In this document: in pieces, positions 20,265 through 29,464 of the stretch
Layout of the letters: every line of letters begins with the position of its first letter
How positions within the stretch are numbered: the stretch's first letter is position 1
Assembly: GCA_949289445.1 (NCBI GenBank)
Contig: CASEOD010000028.1
Coordinates: 14,897 to 78,896 of the forward strand
Source: an uncultured Eubacteriales bacterium
GTDB taxonomy: Bacteria > Bacillota > Clostridia > Peptostreptococcales > Anaerovoracaceae
Length of the DNA: 64,000 nucleotides
Direction of reading: 5' to 3'
Program-made: the position numbers and the translations under genes
Notes under the pieces: generated by a model
The model's input: only the letters and a program-made list of their open reading frames with translations
Told to the model about the DNA's origin: nothing
Databases searched by the model: none

Positions 20265-20339
20265 CTCTGTTCTCAGATTATGACCAGTCAAGGTTAGCAG
20301 TCATTATCAGCAGTATGTTGTCCTTAACCGTACGGTCGT

Positions 20340-22004
20340 TTATTCTTCCGAAGTTTCAAGGTCTACAGAATAGTAGCTACAGTCGCCCCAGCCTGCCCAG
20401 TGAGGTACAAAGCCTTTTACTCTATCCTGAATAACCCTTACTTTTTCCAGATGGAAGAGCGGAACCCAGGCTGCATCTTCCTGAATTACCAGTTCTTCTA
20501 AGTCAAGATACTCCTGCATACGTTCTTCTTCATTTACATTATGTCTTGCAGCCTCAATTCTCTTGATCGCATCCTTATTGTAGTAGTTGAAAGATCTTGT
20601 CTTGGTTGCTTCGCTTGAGAAGAATGTATAGATAAAGTTGTCAGGATCATTGAAGTCTGCATACCAGGTAGCCATGTACATCGGCAGTTCTCCGGTAGCG
20701 CGGACATCGTACCAGGAAGCTTCGTCCATCTGATCGATGGTAACAGTTACGCCGATATCAGACAGCTGCGACTGGATAATTTCATTGATTTCCAGATCCT
20801 TAGGGCTGTTTGCCGTTTGAGAGATAGTCATTTCAAAACCGTCCGGATAACCTGCTTCTGCCAGCAGTTCCTTGGCTCCTTCAGGATCATATTCGATCTC
20901 AGGCAGATTTTCATTGTAGGCAACCAAACCTTCCGGATAAATTCCGTTTGCCGGCACACCGGTGCCTTCGTACATGCTGTCTAAAATGGCCTGCTTGTCG
21001 ATCGCCATCTGAATTGCTTTACGAACACGAACGTCATCAAACGGTTCAATGGTTTCATTGATGGACAGATAAGTAACGCCTAATACAACTTTTTCAACAA
21101 TATTGTCTTTCCACTCTTCGGATCCTGTATATTCAGGGATCAGATGTCTTGCATTGTCAAGGTCAAAGATATCGATCTGACCGGAATCGAAGAGCATTTT
21201 TTCTGTTTCAGCATCACTGACAACCTTGATCAGAATGCCGTCAATTTTCGGAGCGCCCTGCCAGTAATCAGGATTTGCTTCCAGATAGATGTGATCGTTC
21301 AGAACCCATTCTTTTAGAATGAACGGTCCGGAACCGACAGTGTATTCTGGTTCATTGCCGAATCTTGTTCCGGTTACACCGCCGCCTGCCTCATCCGCAG
21401 CATCGCCGGCTTCTCTGTTAATAATTGACCATGCCGGAACGCTGAGCGTAGCAAGGAACGGGGAATAGGAATCATTCAAAACGATGTCGAAATTATAATC
21501 ATCGTGAATTACAATACCGTTTCCTTCAACTGAATCGGCTTTTCCGTTCAGCACATCCTGAGCGCCAACCAGCATATCCATCCAAGGCGTATTGAGTGCT
21601 GCTCTTTCCGGATCCAGCATTCTGTCAACGGTATAGAGCACATCATCGGAAGTCATTTCTTCACCGTTGGTGAACATGATTCCCTTTCTCAGATGCATGG
21701 AGTAAGTCTTTCCGTCATCTGAGATCTCCCAGGACTCTGCTGCACCCGGTTGCAGTTCACTTCCGCCGTCCTCAGTAGATACGGTTTGAACCAGCGTATC
21801 GAAAATATTCAGCTGAATAATATAGTCGCTGGTTGTCTGTGCCGGATCTCCGGATTCACATTCATGATCGTATGTAACACGAAGAACGTTTTCTCCAAAG
21901 CCGTCATCATATTCCACTGCCTGACCGCTGTCTCCGCCGCATCCGTAAAAAGATGCCGCGGCCATGACCAGTGAAATCAAAGTGACAAATATCTTTTTCT
22001 TCAT
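20340..22004 (-). CDS. oppA: Peptide ABC transporter substrate-binding lipoprotein (SBP family 5)
   Basis: Signal MKKKIFV...FYGC lipobox; AESWEISDDG, GSGPF, VRKAIQMAID; start ATG 22004 behind AAAGGAGG. Confidence 0.92.
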   Translation of the reverse strand: MKKKIFVTLISLVMAAASFYGCGGDSGQAVEYDDGFGENVLRVTYDHECESGDPAQTTSDYIIQLNIFDTLVQTVSTEDGGSELQPGAAESWEISDDGKTYSMHLRKGIMFTNGEEMTSDDVLYTVDRMLDPERAALNTPWMDMLVGAQDVLNGKADSVEGNGIVIHDDYNFDIVLNDSYSPFLATLSVPAWSIINREAGDAADEAGGGVTGTRFGNEPEYTVGSGPFILKEWVLNDHIYLEANPDYWQGAPKIDGILIKVVSDAETEKMLFDSGQIDIFDLDNARHLIPEYTGSEEWKDNIVEKVVLGVTYLSINETIEPFDDVRVRKAIQMAIDKQAILDSMYEGTGVPANGIYPEGLVAYNENLPEIEYDPEGAKELLAEAGYPDGFEMTISQTANSPKDLEINEIIQSQLSDIGVTVTIDQMDEASWYDVRATGELPMYMATWYADFNDPDNFIYTFFSSEATKTRSFNYYNKDAIKRIEAARHNVNEEERMQEYLDLEELVIQEDAAWVPLFHLEKVRVIQDRVKGFVPHWAGWGDCSYYSVDLETSEE

Positions 22005-22070
22005 TCTTTCCGCCTCCTTTGCTAATATCGCCTGATGAAACGATTCGTTACCAGTATATGCATTTAATAG

Positions 22071-22086
22071 AGCAAAATCCGCGCCA
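22071..22086 (-). promoter_or_regulatory. sigma54 -24/-12 promoter of oppABCDF-dmpA
   Basis: Minus strand TGGCGCGGATTTTGCT (GG-N10-GC). Confidence 0.8.
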
Positions 22087-22136
22087 TCATAATAGTTTGA
22101 AAATTTCATCATTTCAGAGCATTATGATTTTATTTC

Positions 22137-22156
22137 AATTGGTTAAAATTGGTTAA
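22137..22156 (+). repeat. Tandem 10-bp direct repeat, candidate activator-binding site
   Basis: AATTGGTTAA AATTGGTTAA, 50-70 bp upstream of the sigma54 promoter. Confidence 0.5.
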
Positions 22157-22231
22157 TATTAAATTTAATCCTGTTTTTTCCTTCTTATTTATGCTATACT
22201 GAGGTCATAAGAAAGAACGGAGTGTACGAAT

Positions 22232-24213
22232 ATGAAGAACATGAAACACGTTTCCATCATTTTCAGAAACAATTCCAACGAAAATGCGATTAATTTCATC
22301 AAGACAAATCTAGAAGAGATCTTTGAACAGTACATTATTTTTACAAACTATTTCCTCACTGATCTGAAATCCGGGGAAAAACTGCATGCTGACGCCTTTC
22401 TTGCACTGGACGATTCGGTGATTCACAAACTTAGTGAATATATCGACGATCTTTCAAAGGTGATAAAAGTAAACAGGAGTCCTGACAGAGAAGCGCTGAA
22501 GGCTATTTCCAAAATTCCCGTCGGTTCTACCGCTCTTATCGTCAACGACACCTACGAGAGTTCTCTGGACGCCACCCGTTCCTTCTATGAAGTGGGGATC
22601 GGACATATCAATATGGTTCCCTATGACAGCAGACTGGAGCACACCGGTATCTACGACAATATCGAAATTGCCATTACACCGGCAGAGCCCCATCTTGTTC
22701 CATCATCCATCAAAAACATCATTGATATCGGTTATCGTAAAGTAAGCTTCGACATCACGTTCAAACTGATGAAACTGCTGGATCTGGACATTGCCACAGT
22801 GAACAGGAACCTGTTTCGCCACATTCATTCCATTGTTGAATCCAATACAGTGCTCCATGACAATTATATCTTCGGCTATCTGAAGAGCGAAATGCTCAGC
22901 CGCATTGTAAATACCAGCAGCACAGGAATGATTCTGGTCGATTCCTACTTTGAACTGGTATACATCAACGATACCGCGCGCAGAATTTTTCGCTGCGAAG
23001 ACAAAAACTCCATAAAAATAGAGCGGTCAGTCCTTCTGTACTGACCGCTTCCGATACAGACGGCGCTCTGATTTCTGTTCTGGAAGAACGCTATTACTAT
23101 AACCGTTACCCTATCACTCTGATGGATGAAATCGCAGGCTATTACATTACCCTGCAGGCGGAGTCCGAGGTGGATACCGCCAGCCGCTCCATTCGTCAGA
23201 AAGGTTTTACCGCAAAACACCAGTTTAAGGACATTATTCACAGCTCTCAGGATATGGAAACCGTGATCCAGACCGCCAGACAGATCGCTCTGACAGATCA
23301 CACTGTTCTGATCAGAGGAGAAAGCGGTACCGGAAAAGAACTGATTGCCCAGTCCATTCACAATGCCTCCTTTCGGAACAACTATCCTTTTGTCGCCATT
23401 AACTGTGCCGCGCTGCCGGACAATCTTCTGGAAAGCGAACTCTTTGGCTACGAGCCGGGCGCTTTTACCGACGCTCAGTCAAAAGGAAAAACCGGATTGT
23501 TTGAAGAAGCTAATCACGGTACTATTTTTCTGGATGAAATCGGAGATATTTCGCCAAAACTGCAGGCAAGACTGCTGCGTACCATTCAGGAACGGCAGAT
23601 CATGAGAGTGGGAAGCGACAGACTGATCGATATCGACATCCGCCTCATTACAGCAACCAACCGGGACTTGGAGGCTGCGGTCAGTGACGGAACCTTCAGA
23701 AGTGATCTCTTCTTCAGACTCAATGTTCTGCCAATCGTAGTTCCGCCCCTTCGCCAGAGAAAATCCGACATCACTGTTCTGCTGCAGTACTTTTTGGGAA
23801 GCAGTTACGAAAATATCACTTCTGAAGAGAAAAACTGTCTCCTGCGTTACGACTGGCCCGGCAATATCAGGGAGTTGGAGAACCTGGCCACCTATTACAA
23901 GACTCTCTCCTCTCTGCCCGAGTATATTCTGCAGACAGCTTCTCAGGAAGGAAATAACAGAATTTATATTCAGAAGGATCATGTCGTTCCGTCTATTCTC
24001 AGAATCATCGGCAGTAATTCGGGAATTTCCCACGGCATCGGCCGCGCTCCTCTGCTGCGCCAGCTTTCTAAAGAGGGAATCCGCATCAGTGACAGCAAAC
24101 TACGCCTGCTTTTAAGCCAGTTAGAAAAAGACGGCCTCATCCTCATAGGAAAAGGCCGCTGCGGTACACTGATTACCGAAAAGGGTATCAACGCATTGAG
24201 AAAAGATGAATGA
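22232..24213 (+). pseudogene. sigma54-dependent enhancer-binding protein split by a frameshift at ~23030
   Basis: ORF 22232-23044 (sensor/PAS) and ORF ending 24213 (GESGTGKE, ESELFG, GAFTDA, FLDEIG, WPGNIREL, winged HTH) are in different frames; the second frame is open from ~23032 (PSVLTASDTDG...). Confidence 0.85.
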
Positions 24214-24222
24214 TCCTTTCTT

Positions 24223-24930
24223 TTACTGATTCTGTTTTATCTGTTTGCCGGCAAAGAGAATCAGTCTCTCTGCCAGAACAGCCATAGGATCCACATAATA
24301 ATCGTCCAGCCGGTTGTCCATTTTGATGACGGAAAGCTCGGTACATCCCATTATGGCGCAGCTGCATCCGGCTTCTTTAATGTGAGCCTCCAAAGCCGCC
24401 CAGTTTTCTGCATCCCACGGCTTTCCGCTCTTAATCCGGTCATAGATCTGATACATTACCTGTTTCTGCATCTCGTCAGGCAGAATGTAAGGCTCCAGTC
24501 CGGCTTTTTCCATTCTGTCCTGATAGATTCGGGTTCTGACCGTTCCGTCGGTGGCAAGCAGAGCCACTTTTGCGCCGGGCATTGATTCCGCAATAGTATT
24601 TACAGTTTCTTTGATCATGTGAATGATGGGAACTTCCAGCTGATCCTGAATCAAATCCGCAAAATAGTGGGCTGTATTGCAGGTAATCCCTATCGCCTTG
24701 CAGCCACACTGCTGCAGCAGCTTTGCATCTTCCAGCAGTTTTTCCCGAACCGGCTCAATATCCCCACTGAGAATAGCCTTTGTCCTGTCGGGCATAGACG
24801 TATCGCTGAAAATCATCATCTTCAAATGTTCCTGATCGCAGGAAGCCTCTGTCATCTCTGTTATCATCTTATAAAACAGCTGCGATGCCATCGGTCCCAT
24901 ACCGCCAAGAACGCCTATCATTTTTTCCAT
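24223..24930 (-). CDS. Aspartate/glutamate racemase family amino-acid racemase
   Basis: IGVLGGMGPMA, CNTAH and GCTEL two-cysteine motifs. Confidence 0.92.
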   Translation of the reverse strand: MEKMIGVLGGMGPMASQLFYKMITEMTEASCDQEHLKMMIFSDTSMPDRTKAILSGDIEPVREKLLEDAKLLQQCGCKAIGITCNTAHYFADLIQDQLEVPIIHMIKETVNTIAESMPGAKVALLATDGTVRTRIYQDRMEKAGLEPYILPDEMQKQVMYQIYDRIKSGKPWDAENWAALEAHIKEAGCSCAIMGCTELSVIKMDNRLDDYYVDPMAVLAERLILFAGKQIKQNQ

Positions 24931-24963
24931 AGCAAACCTTCTCTCTAGTTTTTCTCTCTTCTT

Positions 24964-24992
24964 ACCATACCAGTTTTCCGGCTGTCAGGCAA
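24964..24992 (-). promoter_or_regulatory. Possible internal sigma70 promoter for the racemase
   Basis: Minus strand TTGCCT-17 nt-TATGGT. Confidence 0.4.
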
Positions 24993-25048
24993 GAAAAAAG
25001 CGCAAAAGAAAAGACATTTTCTTTTCTGTACGAATTTCCGGTCAGTCA

Positions 25049-25957
25049 TCATTCAAAGAGAATGCTTCGATCCGCGCTGTCCATGGTGCAGACAGCTCCC
25101 ATAGGCAGATTGATCATCGGAAAATCGTGGCCGGACTGAATGTTATACATAATAGGGATATTCATTCCTTCTGTTGCTTCCAGCAGAACGTTCACGATAC
25201 TGTAATCCGGCTCATCCTGGTCACATCTTGTGAACTGTCCCAGAAGAATACCGGCAGCTCTGTCGAATTTTCCTGCGTTGCGCAGCTGGTAAATATGACG
25301 ATCCAAATTACCGATATGCTCTCCGATTTCTTCAATAAAAAGTATTTTGTCTTCCGTATCAAGTTCATAAGGAGTGCCCACCGATGCGCAGAGTACTGTC
25401 AGATTTCCTCCTGTCAGTCTCCCTTTTGCACGACCGGCTCTTGCAATTCCTATCTCTTTTCCCTCCGGCGCTTTGTAAACATAGTTCCCTTCTCCCGCTA
25501 TGGCATCGAAAAACGCCTCTCTGCTTTCCGGGTCAAAGTGATCCACCATGTTGGAAGAAACCATAGGGCCATGGAAAGTCACTAAATCACACTGCTGATT
25601 AAACAGAAGATGAAGACTGGTCACATCACTGTACCCCACAAAGATTTTAGGATTGTTCCGAATCACTTCCGGATCAATAAAATCTATCAATCGATTTGCT
25701 CCGTCACCTCCTCGCAGACAAAAGACAGCATCCACTTCAGGGTCTTCAAACATTCTATTGATCCATTGTCCCCGGACACGCTCATCACCGGCCATATATC
25801 CTCCCTTTGATGCGGCAAGGTTATCTGCAGCCTTTACCCGGTATCCGAGACTTTCCACGGTCTCTATACATTGGCCCACTCTTTCTTCCGGTACAGGCGA
25901 ACTGGGCGCAATAATTCCAACAGTTGCTCCTTTTTTCAGTTTTTCAGGATACTTCAT
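25049..25957 (-). CDS. LD-carboxypeptidase (peptidase S66, LdcA/MccF family)
   Basis: IAPSSP, RGGDG, GYSDVT (catalytic Ser), HGPM, GGNL, FIEE, SGH; start ATG 25957 behind GGAGG. Confidence 0.92.
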   Translation of the reverse strand: MKYPEKLKKGATVGIIAPSSPVPEERVGQCIETVESLGYRVKAADNLAASKGGYMAGDERVRGQWINRMFEDPEVDAVFCLRGGDGANRLIDFIDPEVIRNNPKIFVGYSDVTSLHLLFNQQCDLVTFHGPMVSSNMVDHFDPESREAFFDAIAGEGNYVYKAPEGKEIGIARAGRAKGRLTGGNLTVLCASVGTPYELDTEDKILFIEEIGEHIGNLDRHIYQLRNAGKFDRAAGILLGQFTRCDQDEPDYSIVNVLLEATEGMNIPIMYNIQSGHDFPMINLPMGAVCTMDSADRSILFE

Positions 25958-25971
25958 ATTACGCCCTCCGT

Positions 25972-26505
25972 TTAATACCACATAAAGTTCACTACTATCG
26001 CTGCCATAATTAAGGAGGCAAGGTCTCCACAAACTCCCGCAAGGGCGGAATGTCTTGAATTGGAAACTCCTACCGCTCCAAAGTACACAGCCAGTACATA
26101 GAAGGTGGTTTCAGTGGAGCCGAATGCAACAGAAGCGATTCTTCCTATCTGAGACTGGGTTCCGTATTCAGTCAGCAGATCCGCACACAGACCCTGAGCG
26201 CCGCTTCCTGAAAGAGACCTCATAATTCCCATCGGAAGCACTTCGGCCGGAAGACCAACCAGAGAAGTTACAGGCTGCAGAACGTCAACCAGCCATTCCA
26301 TTGCCCCGGAAGCTCTGAACATGCCGATGGCGCACAGCATGGCAACCAGATACGGAATAATCATGACCCCTGTGGAGAAACCATCCTTGGCACCTTCGGT
26401 AAAAGAACTGTACACAGGTACTTTCTTTATTAAAGCATAGAATACAATTCCAAAAACAACAATCGGAATCAAATAAGTTGAAAGAATATCTAACACTGCT
26501 GACAT
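25972..26505 (-). CDS. SpmB/YjiG-like gate-domain membrane protein
   Basis: FTEGAKDGF, IPYLVAM, RSLSGSG, GSTETTFYVLAVYFG. Confidence 0.88.
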   Translation of the reverse strand: MSAVLDILSTYLIPIVVFGIVFYALIKKVPVYSSFTEGAKDGFSTGVMIIPYLVAMLCAIGMFRASGAMEWLVDVLQPVTSLVGLPAEVLPMGIMRSLSGSGAQGLCADLLTEYGTQSQIGRIASVAFGSTETTFYVLAVYFGAVGVSNSRHSALAGVCGDLASLIMAAIVVNFMWY

Positions 26506-27194
26506 GTTTTGCCCTCCTTCTGTTCTGTGATGATTAGCGGATCGTCTCCGATGTACTCCTTGTTGATTCTCAGAGTTCCCGCAGCCCTTTCCTTTTCGAT
26601 AATATAATCATACCTGAAGCATTTCAGACGGCCAAGAAGCTTAGTCATGATCACACAGACTATGGCTGCCGCAAAGGTTGTCAGAATGGTAGGCCCTACG
26701 ATTTCTGCAGCCCCTTCTGCCTGTACAGCGGTACGCATGGCGATAACGGATGTAGGAAGCAGGCAGATTGAGCCGGTAGAAATAGCCATCACCATACACT
26801 GTGCATCCGTTGCGATATTCTCTGTCTTATTCAAAGTCTGCAGCTCCTGCATGGCTTTAATGCCCAGAGGCGTGCAGGCATTTCCAAGACCCATCAGACT
26901 TGCTGCAATATACATTGCGATAGCAGAGTTTGCGGGATGCTCCTTTGGAACGCCGGGAAACAGAAGCCTCATGACAGGCGCGATCAGACGTCCCAGTTTT
27001 TCACAGAGGCCTGCATCCTCCATAACCTTCATCAGACCACAGAAAAAGGTCATCACGCCAACCAGCCCGATTGCGATTTCAACGGCGCTGTCCGCAAAAG
27101 CGAACAGATTATCCTGGACATCAGTGATAGTTCCGGTGATAATTCCTGCGATAATTGAAATTCCTATGAGCACTGCCCATATGTAATTCATCAT
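26490..27194 (-). CDS. SpmA/YjiH-like gate-domain membrane protein
   Basis: MNYIWA, GLMKVMEDAG, LFPGVPKEHPA, GLGNACTPLGIKAMQELQ. Confidence 0.88.
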   Translation of the reverse strand: MMNYIWAVLIGISIIAGIITGTITDVQDNLFAFADSAVEIAIGLVGVMTFFCGLMKVMEDAGLCEKLGRLIAPVMRLLFPGVPKEHPANSAIAMYIAASLMGLGNACTPLGIKAMQELQTLNKTENIATDAQCMVMAISTGSICLLPTSVIAMRTAVQAEGAAEIVGPTILTTFAAAIVCVIMTKLLGRLKCFRYDYIIEKERAAGTLRINKEYIGDDPLIITEQKEGKTCQQC

Positions 27195-27251
27195 AAGATA
27201 ATACCTCCATTTTCTAAAAAATAATGTAAATGCGCACTTAAAACCGTTAAT

Positions 27252-27267
27252 TGCAAAATATATGCCA
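27252..27267 (-). promoter_or_regulatory. sigma54 promoter of spmA-spmB-LD-carboxypeptidase(-racemase)
   Basis: Minus strand TGGCATATATTTTGCA (GG-N10-GC). Confidence 0.8.
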
Positions 27268-27416
27268 TCCTTTTTTCCACAGATAAATCGAAAAAACTCC
27301 CGTTCCAGACAAAAATTTCCTTCTTTTTTATCAGAGTAATTCCCGATTTATCCATTTTTGTCCCATTATATTTACTTTCCTTCTTCTGATTTTAAAGGCT
27401 CTGTGGTCATTATCTC

Positions 27417-27432
27417 TGGCACATTTTTTGCT
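27417..27432 (+). promoter_or_regulatory. sigma54 promoter of the divergent membrane-protein gene
   Basis: TGGCACATTTTTTGCT (GG-N10-GC). Confidence 0.7.
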
Positions 27433-27562
27433 TTATTTTTTATATGTACTGTTTACAACACTTTTGCCTGTGCAAAAGGAAGACTGTAATACCGTCTGCA
27501 CAAGACAATACCAGAAAAGGAGGGAAAGCGATTCACTCCTGCGGGAGGAATCGAAAAATCCA

Positions 27563-28165
27563 ATGCACAAAATATCCTATACCTATACAAACAAAGCAAA
27601 AATAATTCTTTATCTTATGATTGTCGCTCTGTGTCTGCTCAGGCTGACACTTCTGGTGCAGATTAAACTTTACAGACTGGAAGACTACGAAGTATATCTG
27701 CTTCCGTCCCTTCTGTATTATTTTATCATCATCTCCGTCTTTACCCTTTGTTTCTTCGGATACAAATTCTTTTATACGGTCTACAACGATCATGAAATCA
27801 CCTATTGCAGTGTGCTGCGGAATAAGAAATATTCCATTACTCTGGATCATATCGGGTTTGTCAGATTCGACCGCAGAGGAATCTTTCTGTGCGAAGATGC
27901 CGCCCATGGAGATCGAGAATCCTGCCTTCTGTTTATTCCCTTCTTCAGATTCGGTATTATCGATGCTCTTTCCGTCAACAGCTTTTTTGAATTTCTGCTG
28001 ACACAGGAACACATACAGATACAGAAAACCTTTAAGGTTCTGCCCGGGTACGGAAAGTCCTGGATGATTCTTTCGCTGCTGTATTCTCTGATCTCATTTT
28101 GCCTGCTGATTGTCAGCATGGAACCCTTGTACACCGTCATTGTACTGTACCAGACTTTTTCTTAA
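27563..28165 (+). CDS. Hypothetical membrane protein (about 3 TM segments plus a soluble domain)
   Basis: ATG 27563 behind GGGAGG; hydrophobic stretches; terminator follows. Confidence 0.7.
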   Translation: MHKISYTYTNKAKIILYLMIVALCLLRLTLLVQIKLYRLEDYEVYLLPSLLYYFIIISVFTLCFFGYKFFYTVYNDHEITYCSVLRNKKYSITLDHIGFVRFDRRGIFLCEDAAHGDRESCLLFIPFFRFGIIDALSVNSFFEFLLTQEHIQIQKTFKVLPGYGKSWMILSLLYSLISFCLLIVSMEPLYTVIVLYQTFS

Positions 28166-28168
28166 CAG

Positions 28169-28204
28169 AAAAGAGCTGCAGTTTCGCATACGGCAGCTCT
28201 TTTC
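28169..28204. terminator. Bidirectional terminator
   Basis: AAAAGAGCTGC-loop-GCAGCTCTTTT. Confidence 0.6.
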
Positions 28205-28222
28205 CCATGGAAAATATTATTT

Positions 28223-29341
28223 TTACAGCAAACTGCAGAAGAAGTCTACGCTTCTTTCGATCAGTCTGTCATTATAGTCAAAGTCCTCTGAATGAAGCGG
28301 CGTACAGTCAAATCCCGCTCCCATCCAGATCAGCGCTCCTGGAGCCTTTTTCAGATAGTGGCCGAAATCTTCCGAGCTTCTGATGGGCGCTTCCATGTCC
28401 AGGGTTTTCCATCCCTTCTCTTCAGCAATCCTTCTGATTTTATCGATGCTCTCTTTATGATTGAAGGTTTCAGGGAAAGCATCATAGTAGTTAAAGGAGA
28501 TTTCAAGCCCGTACCGGTGCGCCTGCTCTTTTGCAAAAGCTTCTATCCAATCCTGAAGCTTGTCCATCTCCTCTTCTATCTGTCCTCTGATGGTCAGCAG
28601 AAGCTTTCCTTTATGGGCTGAAACGCCAAAGGCGCGCTCTCCCACATCGATCTGAACGACGGTAGCCAGAATCAGTCCCTCATAACATGCCGGATCTGCT
28701 ATCTCTTTTAAAGCAAGTACAGTATCGCTGACAGCAAAAGCAGGATTTTTTCCTTTTTCCGGCTGACTTGCATGAGCAGATGTGCCGGTGAATATAATTT
28801 CCATTCCTTTAGAGGCACAATTGACAGTTCCTTCCTTCAGAAGCAGAACTCCTTCTTCATAACCGGGAAAATTATGCAGTCCGTAAATCTCCCCGATCTG
28901 CTTTTCTTCAATCAGCGCAGCGCAGGGTTCTCCTCCTTCACCGGTCTCTTCAGCGTGCTGAAATATCAGATACACATCTCTGTCTGCGTCCTGCTCAGAA
29001 AGTGTCAGAGCAAAAGCCGCCAATGCAGCGCTGTGACCGTCATGGCCGCATTTGTGAGCTACCCCTGTATTTTCAGATGCATAGGGCAGACTGTCATCCT
29101 CCACAACTCTGATAGCGTCCATATCTGCACGAAACGCAATTGAGCCTTTCTCTTCTGCCGGCTGTTCCGGATGATATTCCACATAGAACCACTTGCCCCG
29201 ATCCGTAATCTGCAGAGTGGAATTTGCCCTGATAAAGTCCATGAGTTTCTTCTTTGTTTCATTTTCCTCGCCGGAAAGTTCCGGATGTCTGTGAAGCTCA
29301 TGACGCAGTTCTTTCGCTTTTTCCATGATATCCCTTTTCAT
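28223..29341 (-). CDS. M20D amidohydrolase (Acy1/hippuricase-like)
   Basis: LHRHPELS, RADMDA, HKCGHDGH, QHAEE, HASQP, SEDF. Confidence 0.9.
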   Translation of the reverse strand: MKRDIMEKAKELRHELHRHPELSGEENETKKKLMDFIRANSTLQITDRGKWFYVEYHPEQPAEEKGSIAFRADMDAIRVVEDDSLPYASENTGVAHKCGHDGHSAALAAFALTLSEQDADRDVYLIFQHAEETGEGGEPCAALIEEKQIGEIYGLHNFPGYEEGVLLLKEGTVNCASKGMEIIFTGTSAHASQPEKGKNPAFAVSDTVLALKEIADPACYEGLILATVVQIDVGERAFGVSAHKGKLLLTIRGQIEEEMDKLQDWIEAFAKEQAHRYGLEISFNYYDAFPETFNHKESIDKIRRIAEEKGWKTLDMEAPIRSSEDFGHYLKKAPGALIWMGAGFDCTPLHSEDFDYNDRLIERSVDFFCSLL

Positions 29342-29419
29342 ATACCGAACCTCTCTTTTCATACCTTATCTATCCTGACCGGATATCGGTCAGAGCCTGA
29401 CTCTTTCAGAAACCAAAAG

Positions 29420-29442
29420 GGCCCCGCCTGATGGCGGGGCCG
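29420..29442 (-). terminator. Terminator of the rnf operon
   Basis: GGCCCCGCC-TGAT-GGCGGGGCC followed by a T-run on the minus strand. Confidence 0.65.
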
Positions 29443-29464
29443 CAGCGATTACCGCATATTCAGT

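Noticed and set aside
23042-23044. TGA as selenocysteine/read-through codon inside a hairpin
   Set aside because: The downstream AAA+ domain is in a different frame, so read-through would not restore the protein
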